From: Pseudomonadales bacterium
Lineage (GTDB): Bacteria > Pseudomonadota > Gammaproteobacteria > Pseudomonadales > UBA7239
Reading direction: 5' to 3'
Length of the DNA stretch: 64,000 bases
Assembly (NCBI GenBank): GCA_041395785.1
Contig: JAWKZZ010000003.1
Span: 526,978-590,977 of the forward strand
Of this stretch, positions 23,608 to 32,745 are shown one piece after another (the first letter of the stretch is position 1; each line of letters opens with the position of its first letter). A program made the translations under genes and the position numbers. Under the pieces are notes generated by a model, which was not told the DNA's origin, ran no database searches, and saw nothing but the letters and a program-made list of their open reading frames with translations.

Positions 23608-23688
23608 AGCGTATTGAGCGTATTGAGCGTATTGAGCGTATTGAGCGTATTGAGCGTATTGAGCGTATTGAGCGTATTGAGCGTATTG
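23608..23688. repeat. Perfect 9-bp tandem repeat (GTATTGAGC) x 8 plus partial copies, directly upstream of hemE
   Basis: Eight identical units run from 23611 to 23682, flanked by a leading AGC and a trailing GTATTG. The hemE ATG is at 23691. Confidence 0.97.
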
Positions 23689-23690
23689 TG

Positions 23691-24749
23691 ATGACTGAAT
23701 TAAAGAATGATCGTTTTTTGCGCGCTTTATTGCGCCAGCCCGTGGATATGACACCAGTGTGGATGATGCGTCAGGCTGGCCGTTATTTGCCGGAGTACCG
23801 CGCGACACGCGCACAGGCGGGAGATTTTCTTGCGCTGTGCATGAATCCAGAGCTGGCATGCGAGGTGACTTTACAGCCTTTGCGTCGCTATGCGTTAGAT
23901 GCTGCAATTCTGTTTTCAGACATTCTCACCATCCCCGATGCAATGGGTTTGGGTTTGTTTTTTGAGGAGGGCGAAGGTCCGCGTTTTCGTAAAACGGTGC
24001 GTACAGAAAATGATGTAGCGCAGTTGTCGGTTATCAAGCCTGAAAAAGATTTGCCGTATGTGTTGGATGCGGTGAAGTTGATTCGCCGTGAATTGAATGG
24101 TGCAGTGCCTTTGATCGGTTTTTCTGGCAGCCCATGGACACTGGCAACTTACATGATAGAAGGTGGTTCCAGTCGCGATTTTGTGCACGCGAAAAAAATG
24201 CTGTATGACACACCAGCGTTAATGCATCAGTTATTGGCGGTATTGGCAGACTCAGTGGCCGCTTATCTCAATGCACAGATTGCCGCAGGTGCGCAGGCGG
24301 TGCAGATTTTTGATACTTGGGGCGGTGCATTAAGTCACGCTGCTTATGAAGAGTTTTCACTGGCATACATGAGCCGCGTGGTTAAGCAGTTACAGCGAGA
24401 GCGTGAAGGACGCAAGGTGCCGGTGATTCTGTTTACCAAGGGTGGCGGGCAGTGGTTGGAGGCTATGGCTGAATCGGGTTGCGACGCTTTAGGTTTGGAT
24501 TGGACGGTCGATATCGGCCGCGCTCATCAGCGCGTTGGTAGCCAAGTCGCATTACAGGGCAATATGGATCCAGCAATCCTACGCGCATCACCACAAGCCA
24601 TCCGAGTAGAGGTGAAGCGCATCCTTGAGAGCTTTGGATCGCATCCAGGACATGTTTTTAATCTGGGACATGGGATAACGCCGGATGTGTTGCCGGAGCA
24701 CGCTGGGTGTTTTATTGATGCGGTTCACGAATTTTCTCAACAAAAATAA
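23691..24749 (+). CDS. hemE: Uroporphyrinogen decarboxylase
   Basis: [37 protein letters not shown] is the canonical HemE N-terminus. Length 352 aa. Confidence 0.95.
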   Translation: MTELKNDRFLRALLRQPVDMTPVWMMRQAGRYLPEYRATRAQAGDFLALCMNPELACEVTLQPLRRYALDAAILFSDILTIPDAMGLGLFFEEGEGPRFRKTVRTENDVAQLSVIKPEKDLPYVLDAVKLIRRELNGAVPLIGFSGSPWTLATYMIEGGSSRDFVHAKKMLYDTPALMHQLLAVLADSVAAYLNAQIAAGAQAVQIFDTWGGALSHAAYEEFSLAYMSRVVKQLQREREGRKVPVILFTKGGGQWLEAMAESGCDALGLDWTVDIGRAHQRVGSQVALQGNMDPAILRASPQAIRVEVKRILESFGSHPGHVFNLGHGITPDVLPEHAGCFIDAVHEFSQQK

Positions 24750-24844
24750 GTATTTAGTGCCGTTAAAGGCTTTGCAGTGTCGTGGAAAAACGGTAAATTG
24801 GCTGCAGAAACAACGAAGAACAGGCGATCTCAAGGGAGTTCAGC

Positions 24845-26212
24845 GTGTCTGGGATTAAACAGGTTAAAGTTGATGTCAATGAGCTGATCATTGGCATGTA
24901 TGTATCAGGGTTGGATAGACCTTGGTCGCAAACGCCTTTTCCATTGCAGGGTTTTTTCATTCGTCAGCCGGATGAAATCGATCAACTGCGTTTGTACTGC
25001 AAATATGTGTTGATTGATGTGCAGCGCGGCAAGCAGCCGGTTGCGGTTAAACATTCCACGATAGAAAAGAAAGGTGGTGGCGGTGCTGCCGATGCGGCTG
25101 AGGCAAGACAGCGCCAGCAGATCACGGCTGCGCCACTTAAATTGCGCCATAATTTTTACAGTGATCCAGTTGCGCTGAAAAAAGAAAATGTAGCGGCAGA
25201 AAAACTGCATGGTGATATCAAGGCCAATCTCAATGAAATAATGAGTGGGGTGAGCCAAGGTGGAGTTGTAGAAGTCAAAAAAGCGACACAGTTGGCGAGT
25301 CAGGTAGTTGACTCCGTTGTGCGCAACCCTGATGCGTTTTCATGGCTGTCGCGCATACGGGATAAAGATGAGTTTACTTACGGTCATATCGTGCGCTCGG
25401 CGGTGTGGGCCGGCGTATTTGGCCGGCACATCGGTCTTGATAAAAAAGAAATGAATGCGCTGGTGTCAGCGTGCTTGTTGAAAGATGTCGGCAAGGTGAA
25501 GTTGCCTGAGCAGTTGTTGGTGATTCCAGAAGAGGAACGCACACCAGAGCAACAAACAGAATATAAAAAATTTATTGAACACAGCGTTGAGATTTTGCGT
25601 ACAACCCCAGGGGTGCCCGCTGAAATTATTCATATTGTGCGCAATCACTGCGAGCGTTTTGATGGCTCAGGTTTCCCTCAGGGTTTGATTGGCGACAAAA
25701 TTCCTTTCTTAGCCAAAGTGGCCGGCATTGTTACGGTTTACGACGCGGTGACAAATCCGCGTAATAGTAAGTATCCATTGGCACCTTCAAAGGCTATGGC
25801 AAAGCTGTATGACATGCGCAACATTGAGTTTCAAGAAGAGCTGGTAGTGCAGTTTATTCAGGCGCTGGGGATTTATCCTACTGGCACATTGATTGAGCTG
25901 AATACCGGTGAAGTGGCTGTTGTGGTGGAACAAACTTTTGCGCGGCGCCTGAAACCTAAAGTGGCTATCGTTGTTGATAAGGATAAAAACAGACTCAAAG
26001 AGCCTGCGATTCTTGATTTGTTTGAAGATTTTTCAGAGAAATTGCGCAAAGCAGAAAAACGCGGTCAACCAACTAGTTCTATTAAAGCCATCGAAATTGT
26101 GAAAGACCTAGAGCCGGGCGCTTTTGATATTGATATCGCCGAAGTGCGCGACAGTTACCTTAAGGAAACTTGGAACTGGCGCACCATGTTGGGCAATATT
26201 ACAGGGCGCTGA
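24845..26212 (+). CDS. HD-GYP-family protein with DUF3391-like N-terminus and degenerate metal-binding motifs
   Basis: GTG start after an AAGGGAG SD. The N-terminus (VDVNELIIGMYVSGLDRPW) resembles the N-domain commonly fused to HD-GYP. The C-terminus has LLKDVGKV (in place of HDxGK) and NHCERFDGSGFPQGL (in place of HHExxDGxGYP). Confidence 0.8.
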   Translation: MSGIKQVKVDVNELIIGMYVSGLDRPWSQTPFPLQGFFIRQPDEIDQLRLYCKYVLIDVQRGKQPVAVKHSTIEKKGGGGAADAAEARQRQQITAAPLKLRHNFYSDPVALKKENVAAEKLHGDIKANLNEIMSGVSQGGVVEVKKATQLASQVVDSVVRNPDAFSWLSRIRDKDEFTYGHIVRSAVWAGVFGRHIGLDKKEMNALVSACLLKDVGKVKLPEQLLVIPEEERTPEQQTEYKKFIEHSVEILRTTPGVPAEIIHIVRNHCERFDGSGFPQGLIGDKIPFLAKVAGIVTVYDAVTNPRNSKYPLAPSKAMAKLYDMRNIEFQEELVVQFIQALGIYPTGTLIELNTGEVAVVVEQTFARRLKPKVAIVVDKDKNRLKEPAILDLFEDFSEKLRKAEKRGQPTSSIKAIEIVKDLEPGAFDIDIAEVRDSYLKETWNWRTMLGNITGR

Positions 26213-26228
26213 GATCAGCGCCTTTTTT
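26205..26228 (+). terminator. Rho-independent terminator overlapping the HD-GYP gene stop
   Basis: Stem GGCGCTGA (26205-26212) pairs with TCAGCGCC (26215-26222), followed by T6. It lies between convergent genes. Confidence 0.7.
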
Positions 26229-28335
26229 ATTCCTCAAAGACATAATCCATTTTTTCGCGCGGTGCTTGCACATAGTTGCCTTGAATAAAGTGTGCGCCTG
26301 ACTGCCACAGCGTGGCCATCAGTGATGCTTGTTCTACATAAGGCACGATGGAAGTTTTTCTTGTTTCATTGAGCTTTGTGATCAGCTCTTTGAGCGTATC
26401 TGTTTTTTCGTTTTTGTGCTGAATGTCGTTGGCGAATGAGCCATCAATTTTTACCATTTCTACATTCAGGTGCGCCAGTGTTTTAAACGGATCTAGTGAA
26501 CAGCCAAAGTGTTTAATGCTGCAACGGATATTGAGGTCACTCATGGCGTCGCAGAAAGTTTTGGCGTGCGTGAGGTAGTTGGCTGCATCGGTTTCGGAAA
26601 ATTGCAGCATGAGAGATTTTGCTGGAATGTTGGCAGTGCTCAACGCCACTTTTAACCATGCGGGGAAACTTTCGTCACGCAGGGTGGCTGCACTGATGTT
26701 GATCAACAGATTGGTGTCGTGCCCTGCGCCGTGATGCGCTGCTAGAGCTTTAGCAGCATTGATGGTTGCCCAGCGATCAATCTTTTTGCCCAGCTCATTG
26801 TTGCTGCCAAGTACACGGAACATTTCTTTATTGTCGATAGTTTTGCCGTCTTCATCGGGCGCCATATGTAACAGCGCCTCGTAGTGCTCGGTGGTATCCC
26901 CTTGCAAACTGATGAAGGGTTGATATTTCAGTGTGAAGCCATCTTTGCGCAAAGTGTTTTCGATGACTTCAGTGATAAGTGAATCGTCTTTTTCCGCATC
27001 AGCATCGCCCAGTTTGGCAATGAAGTAGCGCGCGTCATTACCAGTGCCGTTTTTGCCTGCGCTGCGCACTTCTTCGCAGGCAATATGCGCGCGATCCAAA
27101 ACTTGATCGGGGTTGGTTATTTTTTCTGTGATTGGGCAAATGCCGATACTGACCGTCACTTGCGTAGTTTTACCGCCAGCTTGGCAAATATGTGCGGCTA
27201 TTTTTTGGCACAAGGATTTCGCTTGCTGCGTTTGCTGATCTTCGTCTGTGCCGCTGGTCAACCAAGCAAATTCACCGTCGGCAATTCGACCTAAAGTACC
27301 GTTGCCACCCAGTGCGTTTTTGATGAAGTCTGCGAGGTCTTTGGTGGCGCTGTCGCGCGCCGATGCACCTAGAGATGTGCGCATTTCATCGTACAAATCG
27401 ATGCTGATGATGTGTAGTGAGCTGAACTTATCTTTTTCCGATGCGTTATGAACTGCCTGATCCAGAGCGCTGTTCATGTAGACGCGGTTGTAAATGCCGG
27501 TGAGTGGGTCGAGGTTGCTGGCTTTTTTGATCTCTGCAGCAACTGCCGCGCTGTCGAGGCCAATTTGTGCCGCAACGAGCAGTTGGGTACAAGGGTCGTT
27601 TTCATAAACGGCATGCGTAACGGCGATATCAATATTAAAAGCACTGCCATCGGCGCGGGTGCCGGTGAGCGCTAATTCTTGTTTGTCATCTTCGCTGAAT
27701 TTAAAAGCTTTCATGAAGCTTTTGTATTTTTCTTGATCGGTAGCAGCAATGATGTCGATAACGGGGATAGAAATAATGTCATCCGTTTCTTGGTAGCCAA
27801 AGCGCTCAGCAAAACTTTGGTTGGCGTACAAAAACATGCCGTCTTCCACATAGGCGATGGCATCGCGTGAGCTATCCAGTAATTGTTGGCAGCGTTTTTC
27901 AGAGGCCAATAATTTTCTATCAGCCGTGCGGCGTTCACGGCGTTCTTGCAAGTTGCCTAGCTCACGCGTCATCACCATCAGCAAATGTTGGTCGTCGTCC
28001 AAAATAACCACATCGCGCGCGCCGGCTTTTAGGCCGTCAATGAGTGCCATGGCAAATTCGTCGGGATCGGTTTCTGTCAGAAAAATTGCCGGAATATCTT
28101 TGTCTAATTTTTTGATTGCGCGCAGAGCATCTTTTGGATTGCAAGATTTTGCAGCGTCGACAGCTAACAGCAAATCCCATGCTTGATCGCCCAATAATTT
28201 CTCCAAGCCCTCAATGCTGGGCACATGCTGTGAGCGCATGGTGTGACCGGAATTGCGCAACATACTCAGCAGGCGTTCTACCTCGCTGGCGTTGTCGTTG
28301 ATGATGAGAAGGCGGGTGGTTTCAGATTTGCTCAT
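26227..28335 (-). CDS. FimX-like REC-PAS-GGDEF-EAL protein with degenerate catalytic motifs
   Basis: 702 aa. It has an N-terminal receiver-like fold (RLLIINDNASE), a PAS-like segment, a GGDEF position reading RIADGEFAW, and an EAL domain with YEALL retained but IKHFGCS where DDFGTG is expected. Size and order match P. aeruginosa FimX as I recall it. Confidence 0.7.
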   Translation of the reverse strand: MSKSETTRLLIINDNASEVERLLSMLRNSGHTMRSQHVPSIEGLEKLLGDQAWDLLLAVDAAKSCNPKDALRAIKKLDKDIPAIFLTETDPDEFAMALIDGLKAGARDVVILDDDQHLLMVMTRELGNLQERRERRTADRKLLASEKRCQQLLDSSRDAIAYVEDGMFLYANQSFAERFGYQETDDIISIPVIDIIAATDQEKYKSFMKAFKFSEDDKQELALTGTRADGSAFNIDIAVTHAVYENDPCTQLLVAAQIGLDSAAVAAEIKKASNLDPLTGIYNRVYMNSALDQAVHNASEKDKFSSLHIISIDLYDEMRTSLGASARDSATKDLADFIKNALGGNGTLGRIADGEFAWLTSGTDEDQQTQQAKSLCQKIAAHICQAGGKTTQVTVSIGICPITEKITNPDQVLDRAHIACEEVRSAGKNGTGNDARYFIAKLGDADAEKDDSLITEVIENTLRKDGFTLKYQPFISLQGDTTEHYEALLHMAPDEDGKTIDNKEMFRVLGSNNELGKKIDRWATINAAKALAAHHGAGHDTNLLINISAATLRDESFPAWLKVALSTANIPAKSLMLQFSETDAANYLTHAKTFCDAMSDLNIRCSIKHFGCSLDPFKTLAHLNVEMVKIDGSFANDIQHKNEKTDTLKELITKLNETRKTSIVPYVEQASLMATLWQSGAHFIQGNYVQAPREKMDYVFEE

Positions 28336-28424
28336 GACAGGCTTTTTATAAGTGTTTTATAGGATGTAAGACCGAGGGGCGATGATAGCGAACTTGCCGA
28401 TTAAAGGAAAAGCCAACGCTTCGT

Positions 28425-29426
28425 TTAGACCAGCCAAGACTTCGAGGGCTTCCCTGCGTTTTCGCGCACTAGGCGCGGCACCAGAAAGCCCGGCAGCAGC
28501 GCTTGCAGCTTGCGGTGAATGGCAACAGCTTGCTGATCGCCCAAGGCAAAGTGGTGGCTGCCTTTTACTTTGTCTAGCACATGCAGGTAGTAAGGCAGGC
28601 AACCCGCGGCGAACAAGCGTTCGCTCAAATCGGCTAGCGTGTCGGCGTTGTCGTTGATGTTTGCCAGCAGTACGGATTGGTTGAGCACAGTAATCCCCGC
28701 TCGGCGCAGTCTGCCAATGGCATCGGCAACAGCGGCATCTACCTCGTTGGGGTGGTTGCAGTGCAGCACCATCACGGTTTGCAGGCGGCTGTTGCTGAGG
28801 GTGTGCAGTAGGCTGTCGGTGAGGCGTTGGGGAATGACCACCGGCAGGCGCGTGTGGATGCGCAGGCGAGTGATGTGCGGGATGGCTGCGATATGCTCGG
28901 TCAGCCACGCGAGCTGTTTGTCAGGCAGCGAGAGCGGGTCGCCGCCCGACAAAATGACCTCGTTCAACTCGGTGTGTAGGCGAATGTAGTGGAGGGCTTG
29001 CTGCCATTCCAAACGGCTATTGCGGTTGTCCTGATAGGGAAACTCGCGACGAAAGCAGTAGCGGCAGTGCACAGCGCACATGCTGGTGCTGATTAACAAC
29101 ACGCGAGAATGATATTTGTGTACCAACCCCGGCACGGGGTTGTGCTGGCGCTCATCGAGTGGGTCGCTAGTAAAGTCCGGTTGCTCTAGCAGCTCGGCAG
29201 CTTGCGGTAATACTTGCAGTAGCAGCGGGTCGGTGGGGTCGCCCAGTTGCATGCGCTGTAAATAGGGCTCGGGTACACGCAGGGGAAAGGCGGCGCAGGC
29301 TTGAGCGATGGCAGAGGCTGATTCAGCGGGTAGCGAGAGGCGTTGGCATAAGGCTGTTGGGTCGCTGATGGCATCGCGCAAAAGGGATTGCCAATCCTGA
29401 CAGGCTGCATGGGAAACGGGTATCAT
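28425..29426 (-). CDS. epmB: EF-P beta-lysylation protein EpmB (lysine 2,3-aminomutase family radical SAM)
   Basis: ORF 28425..29588, start chosen at [12 protein letters not shown]. It has [15 protein letters not shown] (CxxxCxxC), SGGDPL and [10 protein letters not shown], colinear with E. coli EpmB/YjeK. Confidence 0.9.
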   Translation of the reverse strand: MIPVSHAACQDWQSLLRDAISDPTALCQRLSLPAESASAIAQACAAFPLRVPEPYLQRMQLGDPTDPLLLQVLPQAAELLEQPDFTSDPLDERQHNPVPGLVHKYHSRVLLISTSMCAVHCRYCFRREFPYQDNRNSRLEWQQALHYIRLHTELNEVILSGGDPLSLPDKQLAWLTEHIAAIPHITRLRIHTRLPVVIPQRLTDSLLHTLSNSRLQTVMVLHCNHPNEVDAAVADAIGRLRRAGITVLNQSVLLANINDNADTLADLSERLFAAGCLPYYLHVLDKVKGSHHFALGDQQAVAIHRKLQALLPGFLVPRLVRENAGKPSKSWLV

Positions 29427-29480
29427 TGCGCCTCTTTTTTTGGCTTGTTTTTCAGGCCTGTTTGTCGACAGCGAGGGGTT

Positions 29481-30048
29481 ATGGCGAACTATTCTACCAG
29501 CGAATTTAAAGGCGGACTCAAAGTGATGCTGGACGGTGATCCGTGCAATATTTTGGAGAACGAGCATGTCAAACCCGGCAAAGGACAAGCGTTCAACCGT
29601 GTGAAATTAAAAAACTTAAAAACCGGTCGCGTGTTGGAAAAAACATTTAAATCGGGTGATACCTTGGAAGGTGCCGATGTATCCGATTCCGATATGCAAT
29701 ATTTGTACAACGATGGCGAATACTGGCACTTCATGGAGCCGGAATCGTTTGAACAACATCAAGCAGATAAAGCGACGGTGGGTGATGCGGCGCTGTGGCT
29801 GAAAGAGCAAGACACTTGCATCGTGACGCTGTACAACGGTGCGCCATTGGCGGTGACACCGCCGAATCATGTGGTGATGGAAGTGGTGGAAACCGATCCA
29901 GGTTTGTGGTGATACCGCAACCGGCGGCACCAAGCCTGCCAAATTGGCAACGGGTGCCGTGGTAAAAGTACCGTTGTTTATGAATGTCGGCGATTTGATC
30001 AAAATTGACACGCGCACCGGCGAATACCTCAGCCGCGCTAAAGAGTGA
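29481..30048 (+). pseudogene. efp: Elongation factor P, reading frame interrupted at 29907-29912
   Basis: Frame 1 (29481..29912) reads [19 protein letters not shown]...VKPGKGQAF...VETDPGLW*. Frame +1 from 29908 reads [46 protein letters not shown] and ends at 30048. The span is 568 nt, not a multiple of 3, and the K/R of the conserved GL(K/R)GDT is missing. Confidence 0.85.
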
Positions 30049-30074
30049 GTGTGGTGTTGATGTACACGACACAG

Positions 30075-30099
30075 AAAACCGGCTCAGGCCGGTTTTTTT
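30075..30099 (+). terminator. Rho-independent terminator after efp
   Basis: Stem AAAACCGGC pairs with GCCGGTTTT around loop TCAG, followed by T7 (30093-30099). Confidence 0.8.
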
Positions 30100-30120
30100 A
30101 TTTGAATATGAGAGTGTGGC

Positions 30121-31062
30121 ATGACTGATTGGAAACCATCAGCCAGCATGGACATGCTGCAAAAGCGCGCAGCCTTGTTGGCGACAATTCGCGCGTTTTT
30201 TGCGGAAAAAAAAGTGCTGGAAGTGGATGTGCCTGCGATTACTGCAACCGCTGTTACGGATATCAATATCGATAGTTTGCAGGTGGGCTTTTCTGGTTGT
30301 GCAGGGTTTGCTGGTTGTTTGATTACCTCACCAGAGTTCTACATGAAGCGCCTGCTGGCTGCGGGCAGTGGTGATATTTATTCTCTGGCACACGCGTTTC
30401 GCGTGGATGAATCCGGCACGCGCCATCAGCGCGAATTTTCCCTGTTGGAGTGGTATCGCGTGGGCTGGGATTTGTCGGCATTGATGCAAGAGGTGTGCGA
30501 GTTAGTGCAGGGCGTGGTGGCTGGAGAACTGCGCCACATCACTTATCGACAAGCGTTTTTGGATTGTCTTAATTTAGATCCTTTTTGTGCGTCGCTTGCT
30601 GAATTAAAACAGTGTGCACAGGAAAAATTGTCGCCAGCGTTTGATGGCGATGAGCGGGATATTTGGCTGGATTTGTTGTTTTCACATTTGGTGGAGCCGG
30701 CATTGCGTGGCGTGGTGTTGGTGGCAGATTTTCCTGCCTCGCAAGCTGCATTGGCACAAATCAAAAACGACACTTACGGCAATGCCGTGGCAGCGCGCTT
30801 TGAGCTGTACATCGACGGCATGGAAATCGCGAATGGCTATCAAGAGGAGTTGTGTGCAGAGACTTTACGAAAACGCTTTCAGTGCGATCGAGCAGTGCGT
30901 CAACAGCGCGGGCAAGTTGTGCCGGCAATTGATGAACAATTTCTAGCGGCGATGTCTGCCGGCTTGCCTGCTTGTGCGGGTGTGGCCTTGGGTGTGGATC
31001 GTTTATTGATGGCAGTGACAGGCGAAAAAACTATTCGTGCGGTGGTGCCGTTTGCTGTGTAA
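30121..31062 (+). CDS. epmA: EF-P-lysine lysyltransferase EpmA (PoxA/GenX)
   Basis: WKPSASMDMLQKRAALLATIRAFFAEKKVLEVDVP, SPEFYMKRLLAAG, EFSLLEWY and GVALGVDRLLM are colinear with E. coli EpmA, a class II LysRS paralogue. Confidence 0.9.
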   Translation: MTDWKPSASMDMLQKRAALLATIRAFFAEKKVLEVDVPAITATAVTDINIDSLQVGFSGCAGFAGCLITSPEFYMKRLLAAGSGDIYSLAHAFRVDESGTRHQREFSLLEWYRVGWDLSALMQEVCELVQGVVAGELRHITYRQAFLDCLNLDPFCASLAELKQCAQEKLSPAFDGDERDIWLDLLFSHLVEPALRGVVLVADFPASQAALAQIKNDTYGNAVAARFELYIDGMEIANGYQEELCAETLRKRFQCDRAVRQQRGQVVPAIDEQFLAAMSAGLPACAGVALGVDRLLMAVTGEKTIRAVVPFAV

Positions 31063-31066
31063 AAAA

Positions 31067-31678
31067 TTACACGCGACGAAACAGGCCTAGCGTTTTTACC
31101 ATCGGCAACTCTTCAAATAAGCCAGAGGCTTTAGCCAGCTTCCAAATGTCGTAGGGTGCCTGCCCGCCTTGTGTAGGGTCAGGGAAAATATCGTGGATAG
31201 CGAGAATGCCGCCGACGCGGATATGTGCCACCCAGCTGCGGTAATCATTCAGTGCGGCTTCCCAAGAATGGCCGCCGTCGATAAATACCATGCCCAGCGG
31301 CGTTGCCCAGTGACGAGCCGCCACAGTGGAGGGCGCGACAATCGGCACCACATGATTTTCTAACTGTGCGGCGCGCATGGCTTTGCGAAACTCGCGAAAG
31401 CTGTCCATCAAGCCGACACCCGCATCGTATAAATCAGGGTCGTGATATTCCTCGCCGAGTTGATGCTCCTCAGAGCCGCGATGGTGGTCGACGGCATACA
31501 CAATATTGTTGGCGTGTTTGGCGGCGGTGCCGAGGTAGACCGTCGATTTGCCGCAGTAGCTGCCGACCTCTAAACAAGGCCCCAGCGCGGCGGTAGCCAG
31601 CCCGTGTTGATACAGCGCAGCGCCTTCTTCAGGGTCGAGAAAACCTTTGATGGTGTTGATGTCGATAGGGAGCTGCAT
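31067..31678 (-). CDS. Class I SAM-dependent methyltransferase (O-methyltransferase-like)
   Basis: 203 aa with a SAM-binding motif I-like CLEVGSYCGKST and a later FIDGGHS motif. The specific substrate cannot be told from the sequence. Confidence 0.6.
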   Translation of the reverse strand: MQLPIDINTIKGFLDPEEGAALYQHGLATAALGPCLEVGSYCGKSTVYLGTAAKHANNIVYAVDHHRGSEEHQLGEEYHDPDLYDAGVGLMDSFREFRKAMRAAQLENHVVPIVAPSTVAARHWATPLGMVFIDGGHSWEAALNDYRSWVAHIRVGGILAIHDIFPDPTQGGQAPYDIWKLAKASGLFEELPMVKTLGLFRRV

Positions 31679-31837
31679 GGGCTTCGAAACTCAGGAGGAA
31701 AGTGAAGGATGGGCGTGGCGCGCATTATACAGGCGGCGGTTTTTTAGGAGGACGTGCGGCTGTTATTTACCTTGAGCCAGCCCCTGTGCGTCTTTAATAT
31801 GTGCCATCTTTCGCGGTAGGTTTTAGGGGATATTGAA

Positions 31838-32713
31838 ATGATTACGGGCAGCATGGTGGCTCTAGTAACGCCAATGAATGAGAGCGGGGCGTTGGATTGG
31901 GATGCGCTGGCCGAGCTGATCGAGTGGCATATCGAGCAAGGTACGCACGCTATTGTTGCGATGGGTACCACGGGTGAATCTGCAACATTGAGTTTTGAAG
32001 AACATATCGCAGTGGTGCGCAGTGCGGTGAATCAAGTGCGCGGCCGCATCCCTGTGATTGCTGGCACCGGCGCTAATTCCACTTCGGAAGCGATTGAGCT
32101 GACGCGCGCCGCTAAAGAGGCCAAAGTGGACGCTTGTTTGTTGGTGACGCCGTATTACAACAAGCCGACACAAGAAGGTTTGTATCTGCACCATAAAGCG
32201 GTAGCAGAAGCGGTAGCGATTCCTCAAATCTTGTACAACGTGCCAGGCCGAACCGCTTGCGATATGTTGCTGGATACCACGCTGCGTTTGGCACAAATTC
32301 CAAATATTCGTGGCATTAAAGATGCAACTGGTAATTTAGAGCGTGCGCGAGAATTGATTGAGCGCGTGCCAAATGATTTTGCCGTGTATTCCGGTGATGA
32401 TGAAACGGCTGTTGAATTGGTTTTACTCGGCGGCAAAGGCGACATCTCTGTGACCGCGAATGTGGCACCGAAACTGGTTGCAAAAATGAATTCACTGGCA
32501 CTGGCTGGAAAAGCTGAAGAAGCGCGCGCCATCAATGAAGATTTAATGGCAGTACACAAGGCGATGTTTGTGGAGTCCAACCCCATTCCCGTGAAATGGG
32601 CGTTGGAGCAAATGGGAAAAATTAAATCAGGCATTCGCTTGCCATTGACTGTCTTGTCATCCAAGCAGCATGAAGCAGTAAGAGCGGCATTGACTGCTGC
32701 GAGCTTGCTGTGA
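31838..32713 (+). CDS. dapA: 4-hydroxy-tetrahydrodipicolinate synthase
   Basis: [13 protein letters not shown]...GTTGES...YNKPTQEGL...YNVPGRT...IKDATG, the canonical DapA pattern. Length 291 aa. Confidence 0.95.
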   Translation: MITGSMVALVTPMNESGALDWDALAELIEWHIEQGTHAIVAMGTTGESATLSFEEHIAVVRSAVNQVRGRIPVIAGTGANSTSEAIELTRAAKEAKVDACLLVTPYYNKPTQEGLYLHHKAVAEAVAIPQILYNVPGRTACDMLLDTTLRLAQIPNIRGIKDATGNLERARELIERVPNDFAVYSGDDETAVELVLLGGKGDISVTANVAPKLVAKMNSLALAGKAEEARAINEDLMAVHKAMFVESNPIPVKWALEQMGKIKSGIRLPLTVLSSKQHEAVRAALTAASLL

Positions 32714-32745
32714 TGTATGCGCGCGATTTGAAAAAGGAAAGCAAC

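Noticed and set aside
23608-23688. Possible CRISPR array
   Set aside because: The units are 9 bp, strictly contiguous, have no spacers, and no cas genes are present. This is a simple tandem repeat.
23548-23907. ORF 23548..23907(-) containing a (YAQ)n repeat
   Set aside because: The repeat is just the 9-bp satellite translated. The ORF runs antisense through the hemE start and the gltD terminator.
28357-28989. ORFs 28357..28908(-) (Pro/His/Arg-rich), 28382..28657(+) and 28639..28989(+)
   Set aside because: They are alternate frames inside epmB, which has a clear radical-SAM/KamA signature. Their composition is typical of off-frame GC-rich translation.
29901-29915. Programmed +1 ribosomal frameshift in efp (a prfB-like stop-stimulated shift at TGG TGA T)
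   Set aside because: There is no slippery P-site codon: neither tRNA-Leu on UUG nor tRNA-Trp on UGG re-pairs in the +1 frame. There is no upstream SD-like stimulator. The only shift that restores GDT also leaves the conserved K/R missing. An indel is the simpler explanation.
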